NCBI RefSeq assembly: GCF_009914755.1
Contig: NC_060928.1
Reading direction: 5' to 3' (one strand)
From: the human T2T-CHM13v2.0 reference genome, Homo sapiens
Length of the DNA stretch: 64,000 nucleotides
Positions within the stretch are counted from its first letter, which is position 1. Every line of letters begins with the position of its first letter. A model generated the notes under the pieces. It did no database searches. It worked only from the letters and a program-made list of their open reading frames with translations, and was not told the origin of the DNA. Of the stretch, positions 39,930 through 52,985 are shown piece by piece. A program made the translations under genes and the position numbers.

Positions 39930-40660
39930 CATTAACTTAATAAAAAAAAAAACATATTGAGCACATTATGTGCCAGGCACTGTGCTAGGTGCTGGGAATA
40001 TATCAATAAACAAAACAGACCAAAATTCTATACTCATGGAGCTTGGATTCTTAGTTGAGAGAGACTGTCAATAAATAAATAAGTAAAGTATATGACGTGT
40101 TAATGGTGATAAGTGCTATGAAGATAAATAGTGTGCATGGGTGATTGTGTGTATGTGTGTGTATGTGTGCACGTGTGTGTGTGTGTGTAATTTTAAATAG
40201 GATGACCAGGGAATTCCTCACTGAGAAAGAGATATCAGAGTAAAAAAAAAAGACATAAAGACATAAAGGAGGTGAGGGAGCAAGCCTTGGGGATATCTGG
40301 CAAAAAAACATATGTGCAAAGGCCCTGAGGCCTGCGTGGCTGGATCAGAGCACGAAGCAAGCAAGTGGTAGGAAGTGGGGTCAGAGCAATGCCAGCAGGT
40401 GCAGAGGTAGATTGCTTAGGGTACTATAGGCCACTGCAAAGACTGAATTTTACTCTGAGTCAAAAGAGAGGATGCTGGAGCAGTAGGGAAGAATATGCTC
40501 TAACTCACATTTTAACACTATCTTTCTGGTGCTCTGTTGAGAGAAGAGTGAAGGCAACAAAGACAAAAGAAAGGAAGCCTGTCAGGAAGCTTCTGCAAGC
40601 ATCTTTCCAGGTGAAAGATGAAGGCAGCTTGGAGCAAGGTGGTGGTGGTGGAGGTGGAGA
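39930..40660 (-). mobile_element. L2, apparently inserted into a MIR (MIR pieces at ~39830-39930 and ~40660-40742)
   Basis: tattgagcacattatgtgccaggcactgtgctaggtgctggg...atgtgcaaaggccctgagg...ccaggtgaaagatgaaggcagcttgg. Confidence 0.85.
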
Positions 40661-41317
40661 GATTAATTCTAGTGAAGCACTCACTACTGTTTCTGGCACA
40701 GAATAAGTGTCCAATGGGTGGTGATGGTGCTTATTATTATTAACAAAGTACATGGGGAGAAGTGGGAAGTCAGGGGCAAAAGAAAGCCACAACATTCAGT
40801 GTGCCAGACATTATCTGAATAAAGGGAAGGCAGAGCCAGAAACGTAGGATAATGACAGCCTGGGTATCAGGGGTAATCTCAGAGGCACTATTTTGGGACC
40901 AGAATAAAAGATTGTTCTGAGCTTCAAAGGCACCATGCGGGTGCTGCAGCAAGGGATCTGTCCCTGAGCCAAATCCTCCAGAGAAGCAGAGAATTAAGAA
41001 AAGTCAAGGTCAGCTAGGAGACTATCTGGATTCAGAGACACAGGAGACTCAAGAGTTGAGGGCATTTTGTTTGTTTATTTTTATATACCAAGATACATAA
41101 TGTAGAAACCTCCCTGGTTTCTACATGGAAGCTAGAAACCACATAAGCACCTAAATACCATATCAGAAACACTTTAATTTAGCTAAATCAATATAAAAAG
41201 GGGCAAATGGAAGCCAAGTTTGGCCTTTCAGAAACCTAATGATCCCTTGCCCTTCCTGTTCAGGGGTAGATACTGAATCTTTCACCATGGCCATGCAAGA
41301 AGGGGAACTCTATTTGA

Positions 41318-41673
<356 letters not shown>

Positions 41674-41997
41674 TCTCCATAAGGTATTTAAGATTGCTCC
41701 CCACTTTCCAAACGTTAACTAAGTCACTCCGCTAAATGCACAAGCACATTGGCGGTTGCCAATTGCTCCCAGGCCTGGTCACTGCCTGCGCTAACTAGCT
41801 CTCTCTAACTGTGTAAGAGGCTTTGAGTGTAAAATGTACAGGCAACAGAAAAGATAGGCCTGGGGTGAGTCACTGTCAAGAGCCCTGGTGGCAAAGCCCC
41901 TCCTCCTTTCATCTCTTTAGGGATGTAAGAAATGCTTGACATGCAATGATGTCTGTTTTGCCTCTGCCCCCATGCAGGTAGGAAATGGCTCTAGAAT

Positions 41998-42203
41998 AGC
42001 ACTGTAGCTCTTTCTGCAATGACGGAAACGGTCTACGCCTGGGCTGTCCAATATGATTACCATCCGGCCACATGTGGCTGTTGAGCATTTGAAATGTGCC
42101 CAGTGCAAATGACAGACTGGGTTTTTAAATTTTATTTTATCTTAACTAAAAGTTAAATTAAAGAGCCAAATGCGGCTAGTGTTTACTGAATTACACAGCA
42201 CAG
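41998..42203. mobile_element. MER3 (hAT-Charlie MITE)
   Basis: gctgtccaatatg...gccacatgtggctgttgagcatttgaaatgtg...ttttattttatcttaa...gcggctagtg...cagcacag. Confidence 0.8.
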
Positions 42204-42909
42204 CTCTGGAAGGTTTACTAACTTTAATCCCAACTCCTGTCCTTTGAACTCAGTAAAGAATGTAAATGTCTCTGGGATTGGAGCCTTTTAGTAATCTAGG
42301 GAGCATGGCACCAGAGTCCTACGTGAGGGGTAAGGTCTGATGAGGACTGGAACTAGCCCTGCAGAGGCAGGTACAATAACCAGCAGCTATAGGACCGGCA
42401 CACACCCTGGTGTCTCTCTGAGCCTGTTTCTTCACTGACTTCCTCACAAGGAATTATGAGAATTAAGCCACTCTAAAAATTTAAGATTGTTTTATAAAGC
42501 GATTGTTCTGTTATGGGTCCTGGGGTTTCTAAACAAATGGGAAACCATTTAATGACAAATATATGTAGAATGTTCTATATTCCTCATTCGTTTCTAAATT
42601 CATCCCATCTTAAGGCAAGAAGAAAAGCAAGTAGCCTTTTTTGGGCCATATTCCCTATATTTACAATATGAAATCTCAAAGCCATCTATAAGCCTAAGAG
42701 GCAGAAGCAGAAACAGTGCCAAGCTCTGAAAATAGCAACCAAAACAGCCAATCAAAGAACCTCGGTTCCATTTCCACAAAGTGGAGTGTTGTGCTGTCGT
42801 TTACATAACTTACCTTCATAATTAAAATCACAGGAACAGAGTGATAATTTTATATCAGTTACATGACCTTTAAATGGGAAGGTTAATGAGAAATATAAGA
42901 ATCTATGTT

Positions 42910-43222
42910 TTTTTTGTTTTCATATTAAAAAAAATTTTTTTTGAGACAGGGCCTCGCTTTGTCACCCAGGCTGGAGTGCAGTGGCATGATCTTGGCTCAA
43001 TGCAGCCCTCCCTGGGCTCAAGCGATCTTCCCACCTTAGTCTCCCAGTAGCTGGTACTACAGGCATGCACCACTACACCCTGCTAATTTTTAAAACTTTT
43101 TTTGTAGAGATGGGGTCTCACTTTATTGCCCAGGCTGGTCTTGAACTCCTGGGCTCAAGCAGTCCTCCTGCCTCAGCCTCCCAAAGTGCTGAGGTTACAG
43201 GCGTGAGCCACTGCACCTAGCC
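42910..43222 (-). mobile_element. AluJ
   Basis: J-type ctcctgggctcaagc in both arms. TSD aagaatct(a/g)tgtt at 42897 and 43223. Confidence 0.93.
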
Positions 43223-44394
43223 AAGAATCTGTGTTAAAGTGAAAACTTGTCACTGCTACCCAATAGTGATTGATGCTGAGACTAGCCAGAATAAATACAA
43301 AACTGTGCACTTCATGAACAAGGCTGGACACTGAAATCGGAAATGTATGTATTAAGCACCTGGCAGGCACAGAAAGGTGCTTTCACTGATGTATCATTTC
43401 CTATTTGATCCTTTCAACAAGCCTATGATGTCGCTATTATGATTTCAAGAGAGGTTAAGTAACAAGCCCAAGGTTATAGAGATGGGAAGTAAGAAAGTCA
43501 GAAGTCCCATCCAGGCTGCCTCCACTCCATAGCCAAAGCATTTCACACTCAACAACAGAAGATGGCTTGGAATAACATTCAGAAGTTTTTTTTTTTTTCT
43601 TTAAGTTAAGATTTGTATCCTACTTACTTCCAAAAGACTTGAGGCAGCTTAAAGATTAAAATACAGTGCAAGAGAAGGCATTTAAGGATAACACTCTTGC
43701 TGAAGAATGCAAAAGAAATAGATGGTTTTAGACACCTGAGTGGAGCAGATTCTAACACTTGGGCATTTAATTTGGTTCTAACTTTTCTGACAGCTAAGCC
43801 AAAAAGAGAAGCATATTGGATTGCACAGAGTTTTGTTTTCCAACAAGGTAAAGCATACATATTCATCTACAGAGACAAAACGTTTTCCTGGTAGGAAACT
43901 TAGGTAGAAATTCATCACGTAGGTCCTTGGATAAAGGACACTGAGTGACACAGAGAACCTTACTCTCTTACTCTCATTTGTAAAAGAAGGGGGCCACATT
44001 AAGGTCAACTTCCAGTGCAGTGAGTGCATGAAATACTGCTAACGAAAGTTCCGCAAAAGAGTCAGAAACACCATTCAACAGAGCGCTGCTTTTATGGACC
44101 CTCTATAAAGACAGAAGACATAATATACTAAAGCACAGCTTAGTGAAGGAATTTCTATAAGGAGCTGAGAGAATATGAGCTGGGACTTTGCTTTATGGAG
44201 TCTAGCAGAGCAGAGAATGCCTTAGAGAATATCAATGATGAAGGGTTACCCAGTCATCGGCCCTCAGAGATGCTACACATGCTGGACAATGGGAAGATTA
44301 TGTGGGTAATGTGGGTGAGGCACCACTATTTGGGGAGTAGGCCTCTACCTACAGGTTCAAAACAAGGTATATAAATGCATATTAAACATTTATA

Positions 44395-45140
44395 GTCATT
44401 CATTTTAAATAATTGAATAACATTCTATGTCAAGCTGTGTACTATGGAGAATAAAAAGAATAGGAGTGTGGTCTCTGCCTCCAGGAAGCTTATAATCTAA
44501 TACAGGATTTCTCAACCTTGGCTCTGTTAACATTTTGGGCAAGATGCTTCTTTGGTGTGGGGAGCTGTCCTGGGCATTGCAGGGAGTTTACAGCAGCATC
44601 TCTGGCTCTACCCATCAGTAGCATCACCGTAGTGTGACAACCAAGAATGCCTCCAGACACTGCCCAGTATGCCCTGTGGTAGAGGTGGGAATCACTCCGG
44701 TTGAAATCCACTGATCCATTATGTAAGAGAAAGGGGGAAGAAATGCATGAAGCTGCGAATTTTAGTAATTCTAGTGCAATGGGTGTTAATTATTACAATG
44801 ATCTAAAGGAAGGAAGTGCTCTCCCAGTGAGAAAAGCAGACATTGAAGAAAAAGGAGGAAGGTAGCTAAGCTGAGCCTTGGATTTGGTTAGGTTCTTGCC
44901 AATAGCAGCCTAAGAAAAGGCACGGAGAAGAGGCTGAGAAGCAGGTTGGGAGAGGCATGATCGTTTCTGTGGAGCACACAGGGTGTATGCAAGGGAGAGA
45001 TCAAGGTCAGGCTGGACGCTTGAGGGCAGAGAGGGGACGGCTCTGAATATCAGGCAACAGACTTGGAGCCTGATTCAGTCATGCAGGGGGAGATTTGAAA
45101 GCTTTGTGTAGAGAAGAGAATCCTCTAATCTGCCCAAATA
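44395..45140 (-). mobile_element. Degenerate L2 hosting MER20
   Basis: tcattcattttaaataattgaataacattctatgtcaagc...tggtctctgcctccaggaagcttataatcta. Confidence 0.55.
44503..44713. mobile_element. MER20 (hAT-Charlie MITE)
   Basis: caggatttctcaaccttggc...gtgacaaccaagaatgcctccagacactgcc...ggttgaaatccactg. Confidence 0.88.
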
Positions 45141-45169
45141 AAATATCAGATATCTGTGTAAAGGCTGGG

Positions 45170-45523
45170 TCCTATCATCTGCATGTTTGTGTCTCCCCAA
45201 ATTCATGTTGGATCCTAATCCCCAATGCAATAGTATTATGAGGCGGGGCCTCTAGGATGTAATGAGGTCATGGGGGTGGTGCCGTCAAGAATGGATTAGT
45301 GCCCTTACCAAAGAGACTGCAGAGAGGTAGCTTGCCCCGTCCACCATGTGAGGACACAGCGAGGAGGTGCCGTCTATGAGGAAGAGGAACTTCACCAGAC
45401 GGAATCAGCTGGCATCTTGAGCTTGGACTTCCCAGCCTCCAGAACTATGAACAATACATTTCTGTTGTTTATGAGCACTCAATTTAAGGTATTTGGTTAT
45501 AGCAACCTGAACAGACTAAGACA
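45170..45523 (+). mobile_element. MLT1A solo LTR
   Basis: ccaaattcatgttggatcctaatccccaatgcaatagtatt...cttcccagcctccagaact...aacagactaagaca. Confidence 0.88.
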
Positions 45524-46352
45524 CTGTGTAACAGGGAGTGGGGAGAGGAGAGAAAATGCAGCAGCCCAGATGAGAGCAGAGAGTGGCAAAGTCAACAGAA
45601 CATAGGAATGTTACATGGCAGGGAAAACTGAGGGGCAGGGAGGACCCAAAAATTCTGTGGGGATGTGCCTTCCATCAAACACACACAAACTCCCCTCCAG
45701 AGGGCTTTAAAAAGACCGCACCATTGCTGCTCTTAAAAGTGTAGGCTTCCCATGAGATGCTCTAAGGAGAGAGAGAAGAGTGGCTTCTGAAGACAAGGGA
45801 CAGGGACTCCTGTTCTGGTACAGATCGTTTGCATTTGAGATCAACTATCCATGACCACCTGTTAGAACTGCATTGAGAGCTCAACCATTCCTGTGTCCTC
45901 AGCCCTGGCTTCATTTCTGTCCTCCTTTGCCAGATTGCCCCAGCCCCTTTCCTTCAAAGAGGAGGCCTCTGAAGCTCTGCTGTGCTGAGGACTATTCTGC
46001 AGGGTGAGCACTGAGAAGCCCCTTTCCCCTGCATGATTTCAGGCTTCAATACAGAACACATTTTATAGTCTCTCTGTTCCTTCCAGTCCACTGCTCTGTT
46101 GGGGCTGAATAAATATTGACTAGCCTATAAAACATAAGGCCTTTTATTTATACATCCTCCTGCTCCAAGGGCTGTGCTGGATCCCAGCCTCAGAACACAC
46201 AGTGCATGTGTGGAGGGCTAGGAGCCACCACTGCAGTGCAAACCAGCGGCCACAGCTGTCAGGATGGGGCTGCCTTTTTGGGGTGCAGCCTACAGCAGCA
46301 GGTGTGAGGGCTGGCACAGTGGGGCCGTGTCTGCTAGGAATGCTCATTTTAT

Positions 46353-47180
46353 AGCACATGGGAATGCTTTTGGTTGCAAGCAGCAGAGGAGTCCAAGACT
46401 GTGGAGTGCTGTGAGGAATCCGGGCTTTTTCTCATTCTTTGCTTTGACGCCCTTAGCTGTTGACTTTCCATCCTTGGTATTGTTATCTCATGGTCCTAAG
46501 ACAGCTGCTGGAGCTCCAGGCTAGAAGGAAGGGAGGGCATAGCAACCCCCTCTTCACCAAAGCAGTCCTCTTGCCTCAGCCTTCCAATGTGCTGAGGTTA
46601 CAGGCGTGAGTCACTGCACCCTGCCAAGAATCTATGTTAAAATGAAAATTTGTTACTGGTACCCAATAGTGACTGATGCCGAGACTAGCCAGAGTAAATA
46701 CAAAACTGTGTACTTCATAAACAAGGCTGGACATTGAAACGGGAAACGTATGTATTAAGCACCTGGCAGGCACAGAAAGGTGCTTTCACTGATGTATCAT
46801 TTCCTATTTAATCCTTTCAACAAGCCTATGATGTCGCTATTATGATTTCAAGACAGTTTAAGTAACAAGCCCAAGGTTATAGAGATGAGAAGTGAGACAG
46901 CCAGAAGCCCCATCCAGGCTGCCTCCACTCCATAGCCAGTGGATTTCTCTTGCTGTCTCTCTCCTCACTGGCTATACCTGAGTCACATCCCCAACCACTG
47001 GCAAAATGAAGGGACATAATCATGGTTGGCTAAGAGCAATCATGATTCATCCCCTGTGTTGGGGGGAAGGGTCTATTTTGCCCAAGACCAAGAGACCTCT
47101 GCCTGACCCAATCACAGGTCCCATCTGCAAGAAAGAACAAGGGAGATGGCTGTGGGGTAGGCACTGGAGGGTCTGCCACC
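46353..47180 (-). mobile_element. MLT1K/L-like LTR interrupted by the duplicated segment
   Basis: ggaatgcttttggttgcaag...ctcatggtcctaagacagctgctggagctccagg [insert] ...agtcacat...aaccactggcaa...ggctgtggggtaggca. Confidence 0.65.
46560..46938 (+). repeat. Local non-tandem duplication, copy of 43157-43535
   Basis: 379 bp, gap-free, 28 mismatches by manual count (~93%). Includes the AluJ 5' end, unique DNA and a MIR piece. Confidence 0.97.
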
Positions 47181-47478
47181 AGCTGCCCTCAGAAGTGCTG
47201 TGGGCAGGCAAGGGTACCAGTGCAGACTGACATCATTTTTTCAGCAACAAGTGCCCCTCTCCCTGGGGAGTGGGCATGTGGACACTGTCTTCCTTGTCTC
47301 TCATGAAGGAAAGTGAGCCAGGCCTTCTTAGGGGGCTTGGTGATCAGAAGTAATGCCCTCTCCAGTGATCTGCTGCCAGCCAGACATCACCCAGGAGCAC
47401 AGTGGGTACAGCAAGGTCTGTGGAAGGAGTGGGCCAGCGTCAAAGCCCCAGCTCTGTACTGGCTCAGCCAGGTGAAAC

Positions 47479-47795
47479 TGTTACCGAATGGCAGGAGTTC
47501 AGTCTAGGTCCCATTGCTCACCACAAAGAAAGCCGATCCCTGAGACAATGAATATTTCCAGGAAAGAAGGCTTTTTATTTGGGGGACTTCAGCCAGAGAG
47601 ACAGGAGCCAAACCTCAAATCTGTCCCTCCCCTGCTGAATAAAGTTAGGGGTTTACATAGCTGGGAAGGAAAACAGGAGGGGCTAGGGAGAGGAGTTGGT
47701 CCACAGGCAGCAGGTGCGCCTCATTGTACAAATGTAAGTTCCTCAAGCTTTGCTTCTACGGGCATCCAGCTTGTCGGAAAATTGGGTCAGTTTCA
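47479..47795 (-). mobile_element. ERV1 MER4-group LTR (MER66-like)
   Basis: tgttaccgaa...ttcagtctaggtcc...agaaagccgatccctgagacaatgaatatttccagg...tttca (TG...CA ends). Confidence 0.65.
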
Positions 47796-48200
47796 TGACC
47801 ATGTGCATTCAGCAGGGACCAGTCAGGGGACAGGAGCCCTACCAGGTATTCTGGCCAGAAGGATTTTATATAAAGACTTATTAGCTAGGTATAAATCATT
47901 GTTAACTAGAAAATTAAAAGAAAGCTAGAGAAGGAACACTAAGATACCATGGAGGTGGCAGCTTGAGGAAGCAGCTTCCACACTAGGCCTGGGGGAACCA
48001 AGAGAAGAAGCTGGAATTGGGAACACCATGGTGTTCCTATAACCTGGAAGCTAGAAGCTAGAAGCTTGGAGGAGAGGCCCCAGGGAGCCAAGGCTTTGCT
48101 CTCTGAGGAGGGGGCTCTGCTGGGCTGGTGCTGGAGTCTCAGAAGGGGCACACCAAGGCTGGTTCTGTAAGTGCTGGAAAAGCTGTGACGGCAGCTGCTA

Positions 48201-48884
<684 letters not shown>

Positions 48885-49288
48885 TTACTGATAGAATCTA
48901 CCATGGAGCAGCTGGCAAAGGCTAGAAAAAAATTGGTTTAGAGTCCCAGCCCCAGCATCACAAAGTGGAACACCGAAGGGTAGGTTAGCACCAAGAGGCA
49001 ATGACCCATTAACAGGCAGCCATGGGCAAGTGCTTCACCTGCCATCACTTCAGGGCTCTAAATCTTAGTGGCCTCAGCTCTAAAACAGGGGAAGTATTGC
49101 CTGTCTGATGATCCGTGGATACAAGCTCCAGGATATGAGCGTGGTTGTCAGCTTGCTTACCACTATTCCTCCAGCTCCTGGGACAGTGCCTGACCCATAG
49201 TGGCCATTCAAGAGTAAAGGCCGTAATTGGTCATTGTTATATTATTATTAACAAATGGAGATTCTAAAGCCTAGATATTTAAACAAAA

Positions 49289-49577
49289 TTTTGTTTTTTA
49301 GACAGGGTCCCACTCTGTTGCCCAGGCTGGAGTGCAGAGGCATAATCCTAGCACCCTGCAGCCTCTACCTCCTGGGCTTAAGTGATCCTCACACCTCAGC
49401 CTCCCAAGTACCTGGGACTACAGGTGCACCACCATGCCTGGCTGTTTTCTTTGTTTGTTTGTAGAGATGGGGTTTTGCTTTGTTTCTTAGGCTGCTCTCA
49501 AACTCCTGGCCTAAGCAACTCTCCCACCTCGGCCTCCAAAATGTTAGCATTACAGGCGTGAGCCACTGTGCCTGGCC
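49289..49577 (-). mobile_element. AluJ
   Basis: gcagcctctacctcctgggcttaagtgatcctc...aactcctggcctaagc. Confidence 0.92.
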
Positions 49578-51364
49578 TAAAAAATTTAATTAAAAAAAAA
49601 AAAAGGTTGAGGCAGCTCTTGCCTAGATTACTAAGTCACTCAACCAGATAACTGCCAGGGCCAAGAATAGAGCCTGGGGCCTGTCTTGTACCCTGATGAG
49701 GACATTATGTACTAGTAATGGTTTTATTCTTTAGAATAATGATGAGAATGTTATAAAAACAATTTAGCCTTGGCAGAGATGAGGCATTATCTGCCTTTCT
49801 AGGAGGATGTTTGCTACTACAGGTGCTCCAGCACCTCTTATACTCAAGCCAGTGATGTGTGTTTCGGAGGTCCTCAGAGGCATCTCCTCACAAGCCTGGC
49901 TGTGTGGCCTCAGTGGTGCTGAGGAGGAGATGTGTCTTCTCTGGCTGGCCCCAGGCCTTAGATGCACTCCATCCAGCTCCGCCTCCTCTCGCCTCTGTGT
50001 CCTTCATGCATGTTCCTGCCTCCCGGGCCACTGCCAACATCAATCTGCTTAGGGACCCGAGACCAGTCTCCTCAGAGAGTGTGTAATGAGCCATCCAACA
50101 ACCACTGTGGATGTGTCCAGACTGTCTCAAAGGCTGTTGGATATTTGCTGGGTCCGCTCTGGGTAACCTTGCCTTTGTGCTACCGAAGAGGAACAATGGC
50201 TGGATCATCCTGGAACCTCCTCCTGGAGAATGAGCAGCAGCATTTGTCCTGGCTGCCTTCTGGAGGAAGTGAAATCCAAGCTGCAGAGCCACTCTCACAG
50301 CTGGTGCTGGTTCAGTCTACCGCAGATGCGAAGTATCTAATGGACTGCCTCTTGTCTAGGGGCAGGTGAGAGCAGAACTCGTCTAACACACTTTGAGGAC
50401 AGAGGGGCATCACCCGTCTGTGGGCATTCCCAGCCACATTTCCCTCCCTGGTTCAGGGGGAAGGTCTCCCTGCATTATCTAACTCCAACTCATCATGCTC
50501 AAAAGAAAAGTCAGGAGATCTAAAGCCCACAGATAGCCTTGCTCCCCTGTCTCTGTCAAAAACACATATGAAAGCAGAGAAAAATTCATCAGACACGGAA
50601 GCAATTGGAGAAGAGACCAGGAGAAAACAATTAGGTAATGAGGATGTGCATTAAACCATCTCTGGCACCTTCTTGACCCAGAAACATTCTTTATGTCCTG
50701 GTAATGATGGCACATTGAACATTCCAGGGAATTCCAATCCTGGAAATCAAGAAGGAGACTTACTCTAAAGGCATAGGCGAAAGTGAGTTGTCACCAGGGT
50801 GCACAGCTTCCTGGACATTCTACTGGAATAAAACTTGGCTCCCCAGGGGCCAGCAGGAGTCACCCAAGGGCAGGTCCCAAGCAGTCTCCCTTCCAGGCTC
50901 TGTAGTAAAAATGAACCACTCTTGATTCGAGGTTCAGAGTCTGAGGTCAATTTCCCCACCCCAGATCTCACTGGGGGCATTAGATCCCCTAGGGCCTTCT
51001 TCAGACCCCTAAGATTTATCACTGGCTTCAGAGAGATGAACCAATTCAATTAGCTTTTCCATTCTCCCAGCTTATTTTCCAGGAGCGGAGTGTGGCGCTC
51101 ATTGTCGCAGTCGAACAAGCTAAAGAGCCTGCAAGGCCCAATACTGACTCCAGGAGATACTGGGAAGGGCTTGCTAGTGATGGAACCTGGCTATGAATCT
51201 TGCTTTCCTGATTCTAAAATTGACTCTGCCTGAAGGTGCTGCTGAGGTGCCCTGGGTACTTCTCCAGCGGTGGGTAGAGGAGTGACAGAGGGAGGAGTGC
51301 CCCTGACACACAAACAATTTCAGGAAGACAGTTTCCCTATTATCTATTATATAGATTGGGGGGT

Positions 51365-52985
51365 GCATTCATTTATTCATTCAATATTTATTGAACTTCC
51401 ACGTATTCCAGGCACTGTCTAGGCGTCTGGGCCAGGATAGAGAGGGGAGTAAGATAGACCTTTCCTTGCTGTTACAGAACTTACGTCTTTGTTGGAGAGA
51501 CAGGAAATAAACAAGTAAGTTAAAAACCCACAATTTGGGGTAGAGGCCCACAGGTCAGGTTCTGCAGGAAGTAGACTCTGACAAAGAGATTTGCAGGAGG
51601 TTTTTGGGGCGTGATCTCAGGAGCAACAAGTGTGAAGGGTGAGGGACGCAGGTCGGACAGATGGAAAAGTTGCTTTCTGTCTTCCTCCTGAGGAGCTTTG
51701 CAGCTTGGGACAACAAGCAGTGTTGTCCTAATTAAGATTGGAGGACTGGGCATTTGCACTCCCATGTGACCAGCCTTTGGATGCAAGCTGCCTCCAGGAA
51801 GTGGGTGTACATGTGGGTGGAGCAGCTTCCTCTGACAGAGGAAATGACACACCTCTGACACTTTGCAATGCTTGGAAAGTGTCTCAGGTGTGAGTTGGTG
51901 GAGCCTGCACTCCCAGCAGCTAAGGTGACGAGCGTTTTTCGGTTCTGCCAGGGGATCTGAGTGGCACACAACAACATCCACTATGAAATGTGGTGTGTGC
52001 TGGGTGGGGGCTGACTGAGGAGCTCGAGAGTAGGAGTGAGGCAGGCTATTTTAAAGAGGTGGCAAGGGAAGGCCTCTCTGAGCAAAGGCAGAGACTTTAG
52101 GCAAAGACTTGATTGGTGTGAGGAAGTGAGCCATTCAAAGTCAAGGGCACCAGAGGTTCTAAGCAGAGGAAACAGCAAATGCAAAGCAGAGAACAAGCTT
52201 GGCACATTTGAGAACCAACAATAAGTCCAGTGTGTCTGGAGCCACAAGAGTCAAGGAGACAGCAGCTGGCAGTTCAGCCAATGGGCTACCAGGAAACCAG
52301 ATGGCAGAGAGCCTGGTAGACCACGGTAAAGAGTTTGCAGTTTAAGAGTGATGGGAGATGTTGGAGCACTTTGAACAGGGTGAAAGTCACCATCTGATCT
52401 ACATTTTAAACGTATTATTTCACTAAATAGAGAAATAATACGTTTAAAATGGTAGTAATTGGTCATTGTTATATTGTCATTAACAAGTAGAGATTCTAAA
52501 GTCTAGACTTCTAAAAACAATTTTAAGTGAAGCAAATGTTGCTCCATCTGACAATTATGTAAGCCAGCCATACCTGTTCTTTCCCTGTAGGTAGAAGCAT
52601 ATGGGAAACTGCATTCCAATCCAGGGAAGTATAGGAAGCAGTAATAAAAGTGGGAAGACCTATTATAAGTTCGTTGCAGTCATCCAGGTAAGAGGGGATA
52701 CTGGCTGAAAACAAGGTTTCAGCTATGTGGGCCCTAGCTTGGAAGGGATGGGATTCTACATATGTTTTGTAGCTGGAAGCAGGAGTTTGAGGCTAAGAGA
52801 TGACCTGAGAATAGAATGATTTTAGGTGTTAGGCCTGAGAGATGAGGGCACATTGGGGAGGAGCATGTGCAGCGGGGGCAGGGCATCCAGAATGCTCTTT
52901 GGACATCTTATATTTTAAGTGCCTGTCAGACACCCAAGTAGAGACGCCTGATGTGAAGACATGAATATCTGCAGCTTGAGGTCCT
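51365..52985 (-). mobile_element. L2 interrupted by LTR16 (~51525-51984) and by a templated insert (~52422-52627)
   Basis: cattcatttattcattcaatatttattgaac...ggaacagcaaatgcaaag...atctgatctacattttaaa [insert] ...ttgcagtcatccaggtaagag...tttggacat. Confidence 0.85.
51525..51984 (-). mobile_element. LTR16(A/C)-like solo LTR
   Basis: caggttctgcaggaagtagactctgacaaagagatttgcaggagg...cactcccagcagct...ggggatctgagtggcacacaacaacatccacta. Confidence 0.65.

Noticed and set aside
49764-50369. Overlapping 67-136-aa ORFs in GC-richer unique DNA
   Set aside because: No recognisable domain and no consistent splice or codon signal. Compatible with chance.
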